IMG/VR virus record: IMGVR_UViG_2823670853_000002
DNA length: 64,000 nucleotides
Direction: 5' to 3' (one strand)
Source of the DNA: a virus
Taxonomy: Duplodnaviria > Heunggongvirae > Uroviricota > Caudoviricetes
The notes beneath the pieces were generated by a model. That model ran no database searches. It saw only the letters and a list, made by a program, of their open reading frames with translations, and was not told the DNA's origin. The position numbers were made by a program, and so were the translations under genes. Of this stretch, positions 58,038-64,000 are shown piece after piece; the stretch's first letter is position 1, and the number at the start of each line of letters is the position of its first letter.

Positions 58038-58113
58038 TGGCGATGGTGGATGGATTTGAACCATCGACCCGTTGATTAACAGTCAACCGCTCTAACCGCT
58101 GAGCTACACCATC
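58038..58113 (-). tRNA. tRNA-Asn (anticodon GUU)
   Basis: Minus strand GATGGTGTAGCTCAGCGGTTAGAGC...CTGTTAA...CCA cloverleaf. Confidence 0.85.
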
Positions 58114-58778
58114 ACTTGCCGGGTACGTCTCCGGCGAGGGCTTCCACCTCCGTATGCTTTTCGGCGCACCGCGCCCTGGCTGCAATTCGGTAACAGGGGA
58201 TGCACAACCCTGGCTTCCAGCGTGATTAGCGCCTTCAGCATGACGGGATATACCCGTAAATTCGTGGAACTGTACCCAAAGTGCTGTTAAGCACCGCTGT
58301 TACGCCGAAAAGAAAACGCAACAGGAAAGGACGCTGACCAACAGATGGCCCCTTCTCGTTCATCTGGTTAATCACACCAGCGCCCTTACCTGTTGTGCCT
58401 CCCCGTTCCCTAATACACAGACGGGGACACTCTGCGGTCGATTTTTTGACGGGGGACGACTCATACCCCGTGGCGTCTGGCTTCTTAGGCCGCTACCATC
58501 ATCAGATCATCGTTTGCATTTACTTTAATGGTCAGTTTCTAAACCGCCGCAAAGTCGCTAACCATGACGAAAACCCTGAAAAAAACGCCCACCCGAAGAT
58601 GGGCAAACTGGAAGCTCGTAACGCACTTCGGCGTTGCCACTTAGGCGCATGGTCAACCTGGCAACTCGGTGGTTTGTCTGGGAGGACTAGGCCCAGCCAT
58701 GCTTACCGCCGCGCCTGTCGCGGCTAACAGCTAAATCGCTCTATAAATCACGATTCATTGAGGCGATATTACACTAAT

Positions 58779-58795
58779 AAATTTATTAGAGCAAT
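58779..58795 (-). promoter_or_regulatory. C1 operator at the head of the ban operon (Op72-like)
   Basis: Minus strand ATTGCTCTAATAAATTT, 17/17 to consensus, upstream of tRNA-tciA-ban. Confidence 0.7.
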
Positions 58796-60804
58796 ATACC
58801 TAAAACGTCATGAGCAACACCTCGAGTGTCCCCCTTACAAGACACAGAACGTCTGGCAAAAAGAGGTTCCACTCTGAAGCCATTGTCATGATAAAGCTCT
58901 CTGATGTTTGGCGCGCCACTGTTAGTAATGAGAACCTTTGCACCTCGGCGATGAGCATCCGTCAACAGAGACACCAGGCGTTTTTGCTCTTCAAACTTAA
59001 AGTCATGACCGGAATAGTTCGTGAATCCCTCTGTATTTGGAAGCGGTTCATATGGCGGATCGCAAAAAATGACATCTCCTTCTCCGGCAGCTTCAATCAC
59101 CGCAGCAAAATCACCACATACAAACTCAGAACGACCTTCCGCACCGAGGAAGGCTTCCATCTCCTGTAATGGGAAATACGGAGTTTTATACTTCCCATAA
59201 CCGACATTGAACTCACCGGCCTGGTTGTAACGCGTCAATCCGTTAAAACAATGTCGGTTCAGGAACAAAAACGCCGCTGCGCGATGTAAATCATCATAGA
59301 CTTGTTTGTTAAACGCATTCCGTACTGCCAGGTATCCTTCCTGTGTGTTGTAGTCCTGGAAAAACTGATGCGCCAGTGTGATAAGTGAATGCGCCTCGCG
59401 TTGCAGAGTCTTGTAAAAGTTAATCAGGTCAGCATTCACATCATTTAGCAGATTTTCCTGGTATCCGGCATTCATGAAGACAGCTCCACCACCGACGAAA
59501 GGTTCAATCAGGCGCTTCCCTTCTGGCAAATAGCGAAAGATTTGTTCCAGAACACCAAATTTTCCACCAGCCCATTTGAATATGGACCGTTCGAATTCTG
59601 CCGCTGGTTTAACTTTTCGCTCTTTTGTTTCACGCCCTTCATTCTGCCGACATGCAGCCTTGGTTATCCGCTCGCCAATCCAGCGCATTACTGGTATCGC
59701 CATACTATTGCCGATCGCTTTGTAACGCGGTCCGTCAGCTGCAAGCATTGCGGCCTCTTCTTCGCTTAAATCTGGATAGTGATTGTGCAGATATGCCAGT
59801 TCATCTGAATTAACTTTTTTACGCTTTTCCGTAGGGATCAACGTATGCCAATCAGGAAAACCTTGCAGCCTTTCACATTCGACAGGGGTAAGACGGCGCA
59901 TTCTACCGTCGCCGAGCAATACAATTGGTGCTTCATGGTTACATGTCAAAGTTGGTGCCGAATTATCGGTTTTTATCTCAGCCCCTCCTTGCCCATGTGC
60001 CATGGCAATTATGTTTGTATCATCGCAAGTTCTGATAGCGATGTTTGAAGTATATCTGGTAGTTTCCTTCCCCTCGCCTCTGCTCGGCGCAATATTCCGG
60101 CGCACGCCTTCGAACTCAAAAAGTACCGTTGCGGGATCGAGGTCTGTTCGAGCACTTGCGACAACAAACACGCGTCGGCGTCGTTGTGCCACTCCGAAGT
60201 ATTGGGCATCAAGGATTCTCCAGGCCACCTTTCGCTGCGGTCCATAAATACAACCACACTGCGGCCACTTTGGAGCATGGCAACCGGTTTTGACATCCCA
60301 CCGCCAGAACGTGTTACTTTTTCGTGATTCAGGTCGATCACCAGGTTCGAATGGCGCATCTTCTCCAGCCAATCCGGCAAGGAAACATCCGAACGCGTTG
60401 TCTGCTGATGACAGGACTCCTGGGACATTTTCCCAGACGATAACTGTCGGTTTGAGGAAGGACTCAGACCGTTTGTCGTCAATTGCATTTGCAAGCTCCA
60501 CATACTTCAAAGTTAGCGCGCCGCGTTCATCATCAAGCCCACCACGTAAGCCCGCGATACTGAATGCCTGACAAGGCGTACCCCCGACGAGCACATCAGG
60601 GGCTTCAATTTCTCCAGCCTGGACTTTTTGGGCGAGTTTTGTCATGTCGCCAAGGTTCGCGACATGGGGCCAGCGGTGCGCAAGAACGGCAGATGGAAAA
60701 GACTCGATTTCAGCAAACCACGCCGGACGCATACCCAACGGTTCCCAGGCAATACTCGCGGCTTCAATTCCACTGCAAACAGATCCATAGCACAGCTCTT
60801 TCAC
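58786..60804 (-). CDS. dmt: Dmt DNA methyltransferase (C5-cytosine-like N-terminal domain fused to Dam-like N6-adenine domain)
   Basis: [11 protein letters not shown] and IVWENV motifs N-terminally; PFVGGG and CDPPY motifs C-terminally. Confidence 0.85.
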   Translation of the reverse strand: MKELCYGSVCSGIEAASIAWEPLGMRPAWFAEIESFPSAVLAHRWPHVANLGDMTKLAQKVQAGEIEAPDVLVGGTPCQAFSIAGLRGGLDDERGALTLKYVELANAIDDKRSESFLKPTVIVWENVPGVLSSADNAFGCFLAGLAGEDAPFEPGDRPESRKSNTFWRWDVKTGCHAPKWPQCGCIYGPQRKVAWRILDAQYFGVAQRRRRVFVVASARTDLDPATVLFEFEGVRRNIAPSRGEGKETTRYTSNIAIRTCDDTNIIAMAHGQGGAEIKTDNSAPTLTCNHEAPIVLLGDGRMRRLTPVECERLQGFPDWHTLIPTEKRKKVNSDELAYLHNHYPDLSEEEAAMLAADGPRYKAIGNSMAIPVMRWIGERITKAACRQNEGRETKERKVKPAAEFERSIFKWAGGKFGVLEQIFRYLPEGKRLIEPFVGGGAVFMNAGYQENLLNDVNADLINFYKTLQREAHSLITLAHQFFQDYNTQEGYLAVRNAFNKQVYDDLHRAAAFLFLNRHCFNGLTRYNQAGEFNVGYGKYKTPYFPLQEMEAFLGAEGRSEFVCGDFAAVIEAAGEGDVIFCDPPYEPLPNTEGFTNYSGHDFKFEEQKRLVSLLTDAHRRGAKVLITNSGAPNIRELYHDNGFRVEPLFARRSVSCKGDTRGVAHDVLGILL

Positions 60805-61706
60805 TGCTTAGCCTCTCCACCAAGGGCATTTACCAGAGCATCAACCAGGCACGAAATTTCACTGGTCAACAGGAAGAAATCTGCGTCCAGTCGCTGCGCA
60901 ACATCTTCACTATCAATATCAGAGTTCTGCTCAAGCAATTCATCCGCAAATTTGACGCTGGTAAGGCTGAAGTTATGGTCCAGTGTAAATTTAATGCGGT
61001 TCTGCCAGTCGAGTGCCAACTTAGTGACGAGCTTGCCAGCTTCCAGGTGTGTGGAAATTTCATCGCTTCCCAAATCCTGCTTTTTCACTCGGGCAATACC
61101 GCCATCCTCAAGCACTGCCTTAAGTTCTGCCGCATCCCCCATTTGAAATCCCTGTGGAGCACTACCATCACGTACCCAGTCGGTCAGCGTTAATTCAATG
61201 GGATTTTCAACACTCAGGGGAACAACAGGAAGAGAACCCAGAGACTTACGCATAAGCGCGAGCATATCCTCTGCCTGCCGCGCGCTGGCATTGATATAGA
61301 TACGTTTAGTTGAACCGTCGTAGATCGCCTGGATAACAGAAAACTTTGAAAAAGCCCGTGGCAGAAGAGAATGCAGAACTTCGTCTTTCAGGGAGTCCTT
61401 CTCTGTTTTCTTAAGTTTACGCGCTTGTTCTTGCTCAAGTTTTTCAATTTTTTCTTGAATAGCTCGCTGGATAACCGGCGGGGGAAGAATTTTTGTTTCG
61501 CGCTTTGCTTCAACAAGGATAAAACCATTTCCATGCATAGCGATAACTTCGGAATTATCACCAAATGGCGATACAAAACCGAACTTGGCCATATCCTGAC
61601 TACCGCATGGCGTGAAAAGGATCATTTTCTTTTTATCTTCTAAGTCGGTCAGATCCGCCTCACGAGAAAGTTTATAAATAGTAATGTTTTTCCAGTGCTT
61701 AAACAT
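60801..61706 (-). CDS. hrdC: HrdC, RdgC-like recombination-associated protein
   Basis: Collinear with E. coli RdgC (e.g. [37 protein letters not shown]); start at MFKHWKN (track start 61820). Confidence 0.9.
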   Translation of the reverse strand: MFKHWKNITIYKLSREADLTDLEDKKKMILFTPCGSQDMAKFGFVSPFGDNSEVIAMHGNGFILVEAKRETKILPPPVIQRAIQEKIEKLEQEQARKLKKTEKDSLKDEVLHSLLPRAFSKFSVIQAIYDGSTKRIYINASARQAEDMLALMRKSLGSLPVVPLSVENPIELTLTDWVRDGSAPQGFQMGDAAELKAVLEDGGIARVKKQDLGSDEISTHLEAGKLVTKLALDWQNRIKFTLDHNFSLTSVKFADELLEQNSDIDSEDVAQRLDADFFLLTSEISCLVDALVNALGGEAKQ

Positions 61707-61983
61707 GTTGTAACCCTTGAATATCAACCACAGAAAGCTCGTCTTTGTAGAAAAAGGCCAGGTTGTGGCACCCCCTCGTTTGAGCGTATGAGCTGGGACC
61801 AATTTCGTTCTTCCAGACAAATGGCTTCAAATCCGTACGGCGAAGCATAAAAACGCGATTTGTTCCGCTCTGATTCCCAATGAGGCAAAAGCCTTCTTTC
61901 ACCTTGATAGCCTGCAAGTTGTCGAGTTCACCGCTGGTTACACGGCTATCGAACTCCTTGCGGCTTATTAGCTCCATCTGCAT
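61699..61983 (-). CDS. hypothetical protein upstream of hrdC (position of P1 uhr)
   Basis: About 94-aa ORF from MQMELISRK, overlapping the hrdC start; operator upstream. Confidence 0.45.
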   Translation of the reverse strand: MQMELISRKEFDSRVTSGELDNLQAIKVKEGFCLIGNQSGTNRVFMLRRTDLKPFVWKNEIGPSSYAQTRGCHNLAFFYKDELSVVDIQGLQHV

Positions 61984-62054
61984 CTGACGACTCCAAACAA
62001 ATGCCCATTGAAGGGCGATGGCTGAATGGTACCGAAAACACGACATAAAAAACA

Positions 62055-62071
62055 ATATTTATTAGAGCAAT
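62055..62071 (-). promoter_or_regulatory. C1 operator upstream of the uhr-hrdC-dmt string
   Basis: Minus strand ATTGCTCTAATAAATAT (16/17). Confidence 0.6.
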
Positions 62072-62152
62072 TTTATAATGAGTAAACGCCATGTAGACCA
62101 CAAACAACCTAAGTTAAAATAACGAAAATCAGAGCAAATCATTGGTGATAAC

Positions 62153-62437
62153 GTGGCAAGTATTGCAACAAAAGACAGCATTTGTTCGGGGCACGGAGGA
62201 TTCCCATCCAGGCCTCCTGTAGAGAGTGAACCACTACTTAAAGTCAACGGAGTAGAAGTGTTAGTTGATGGTAAGCAATATGCACAGCATACCGATGGAA
62301 ACAGTACGCACGGTGGGCAAGCTATATCAACCAGGGCATGGTTTACCGTCAATGGTAAAGGGGTCGTATGCGTTGGTGACCCTGTTTCATGCGGCTCTAC
62401 CGTAGCATCAGGAGACGGCCTGGTTCAGGTAAGTTAG
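62153..62437 (+). CDS. PAAR-like domain protein
   Basis: 94 aa with repeated hydrophobic-x-V-N-G and GD...C, H..GG elements typical of PAAR spike-tip proteins. Confidence 0.45.
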   Translation: MASIATKDSICSGHGGFPSRPPVESEPLLKVNGVEVLVDGKQYAQHTDGNSTHGGQAISTRAWFTVNGKGVVCVGDPVSCGSTVASGDGLVQVS

Positions 62438-62445
62438 GAGATATC

Positions 62446-63216
62446 ATGCTGGAAAAAGACTACCAGTTATCCGCATATAAAAAATTGGCCGCAGCCGGTG
62501 GGATGAAAACACCTGGTGCCATAACATCAGCACGAAACAGTGCTAACACGGCAAAACAGCTTGCAGAAGAATTGACGGGATTAATTCTGGATACAATTGT
62601 CTATCCCGACACTATTACCAGCTATGTTTCAACGATCAGAACAACCACAACCGGCTTAACGAACATTGGAGAACTGGCAACTAAGCACGCGGACCTGTTG
62701 GCTGATTATGCAGATCTGTCAATGCTGCTTCAACTCGATATTGGTTGGGATGTTTACTGCCGTGCTAATGAGCGAGAAGTTTCAGAACTGCCGATCTCTA
62801 TTGCCATTGGTGATGTGAATATTACTAAATCGCTTGAGGACGCTGTTAATGCGCTTAATACATCAAGTTTAGTCGCTGCTATGGGGGAGATTAACCAGAC
62901 CCTTAACACTGGCTCAGGAAGCTCGTCAGGCTCTGGTTCAGGCGGCGGAACTGCCACTCCCCCACCAGCACTAACAGAAGAACAAATTGAATCTCTGAAA
63001 GTAGCAACTGAACAGTTTGGGGTTGTTTTCAACCAGACAACAGCGCCCACAACTGCGTTACAACAGCAGTATGAACGAGCGAATGAAAGCGCCAACGTAG
63101 CCATAACTGCTTATAACCATGCTATCGGTACCGCGCTTGCGGAAGCATCAGCAAAGAACCACGGCAGCCTGGCGGCTGCAAATCGTGGTGTGGCAGAATA
63201 TGAGCTTTCAGAGTAA
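62446..63216 (+). CDS. hypothetical protein with internal Gly/Ser-rich linker
   Basis: 257 aa from MLEKDYQ with TAGGAG RBS (track start 62389); TGSGSSSGSGSGGGTATPPP linker between two domains. Confidence 0.5.
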   Translation: MLEKDYQLSAYKKLAAAGGMKTPGAITSARNSANTAKQLAEELTGLILDTIVYPDTITSYVSTIRTTTTGLTNIGELATKHADLLADYADLSMLLQLDIGWDVYCRANEREVSELPISIAIGDVNITKSLEDAVNALNTSSLVAAMGEINQTLNTGSGSSSGSGSGGGTATPPPALTEEQIESLKVATEQFGVVFNQTTAPTTALQQQYERANESANVAITAYNHAIGTALAEASAKNHGSLAAANRGVAEYELSE

Positions 63217-63235
63217 CCATCCAGAATGAGTTCCC

Positions 63236-63508
63236 ATGTCACACAACCTGGAGCACCAGAAAGTCCACACCAGAATGGTGAAAGAGGTTCTGAAAGCCGT
63301 CGCCAGGGCCAATAATCACCCTTATCAGTCTGTATTTACAGACTTTATCGCCGGTCATCCCTCCTGTACGGTCTGTTTCTGGGAAACCTTCCACAAAATG
63401 TACCCGGATTCACCGTACGAATACGTCACGTTCTGCCATACCTGCCGTCGTTTTGATTTATACGAAACTGAAGCGGAGATGAAGGCGGATGACCCGAAGT
63501 GGTGGTGA
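63236..63508 (+). CDS. hypothetical Cys/His-rich small protein abutting the transposase
   Basis: 90-aa ORF whose end overlaps the transposase start; could be a target-gene remnant or an IS-associated ORF. Confidence 0.35.
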   Translation: MSHNLEHQKVHTRMVKEVLKAVARANNHPYQSVFTDFIAGHPSCTVCFWETFHKMYPDSPYEYVTFCHTCRRFDLYETEAEMKADDPKWW

Positions 63509-64000
63509 TTTTCAGCCCCGACCGCTGAAACGCCTGTTCACAGCCAACCAGTGCTGGACATCCTTCCTGGATGCGGGCGGCCTGCGCGATATCGAGGTTG
63601 AGGCTGTCACAAAAATGCTGGCCTGCGGCACGCGGATACTGGGTGTGAAGGAATACAACTGCGATAAACCTGAGTGCCCCCACGTCAGATACGTCACTAA
63701 CTCATGTGGCAGCCGTGCCTGCCCGTCCTGCGGAAAAAAGGCCACAGACCTGTGGATAGCGACACAGCTGAATCGTCTTCCTGACTGCGACTGGGTGCAC
63801 CTGGTCTTCACCCTGCCGGACACGCTGTGGCCGGTGTTCGAAAGCAACCGCTGGCTGCTGAATGACGTGTGCCGTCTGGCGGTGGAGAATCTGCTGTATG
63901 CAGCCCGGAAACGGGGTCTGGAACCCGGTATCTTCTGCGCCATCCATACGTATGGCCGTCGTCTCAACTGGCATCCGCATGTGCATGTGTCAGTGACCTG
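63489..64000 (+). mobile_element. IS91-family (rolling-circle HUH/Y2) transposase gene, 5' portion; continues beyond window
   Basis: Translation MTRSGGDFQPRPLKRLFTANQCWTSFLDAGG...CPHV...CGSRACPSCGKK...HTYGRRLNWHPHVHV shows the N-terminal zinc-binding region and HUH-type motifs of IS91/ISCR-like transposases. Confidence 0.7.

Noticed and set aside
57130-58400. Repeat-rich region considered as a possible CRISPR array
   Set aside because: Repeats are irregular in length and spacing, occur as inverted as well as direct copies, and are interleaved with tRNA genes and tRNA-like fragments; no uniform direct repeats or spacers.
58395-58727. 110-aa plus-strand ORF between tRNA-Asn and dmt
   Set aside because: Opposite in orientation to the ban operon leader, no RBS, Arg/Gly-rich low-complexity translation; probably spurious.

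Overview
This window reads as a contiguous segment of a bacteriophage P1-like phage-plasmid (Enterobacteriaceae), in reverse orientation relative to the conventional P1 map. The calls rest on protein sequences I recognise (Cre, C1, Coi, Cin, Ref, Doc/Phd, SSB, SAR endolysin Lyz, PacA/PacB, DarB, Ban, RdgC-like HrdC), an exact 34-bp loxP site, many copies of the 17-bp C1 operator motif (ATTGCTCTAATAAATTT), and three tRNA genes. From left to right: end of the invertible C segment with a cix-like site and cin; the darA antirestriction/lysis operon (lydA, lydB, hdf, darA, ddrA, ddrB); a C1-controlled ssb operon; lyz; pro and prt; darB-ulx-lxc; mat, ref, cre and loxP; the immC region (coi, c1); pacB/pacA with the pac site; lpa; phd-doc; LexA-boxed humD and hot; about 14 kb of early genes that includes an enzyme-rich block; baseplate genes; the ban operon with tRNA genes and a TerB-like gene; dmt, hrdC; and a PAAR-like gene followed by the 5' part of an IS91-family transposase at the window edge. 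No CRISPR array or rRNA was seen. The most interesting candidates are a Tad2-like (DUF2829) domain protein in the ssb operon, a roughly 7.6-kb block of sugar/nucleotide-modifying enzyme homologues, and a PAAR-like gene pair next to the IS. CDS coordinates follow the supplied ORF track, with starts refined by in-frame offsets; motif coordinates were located by eye and may be off by 1-2 nt. Fold and family assignments come from recalled motifs and synteny, not from database searches.
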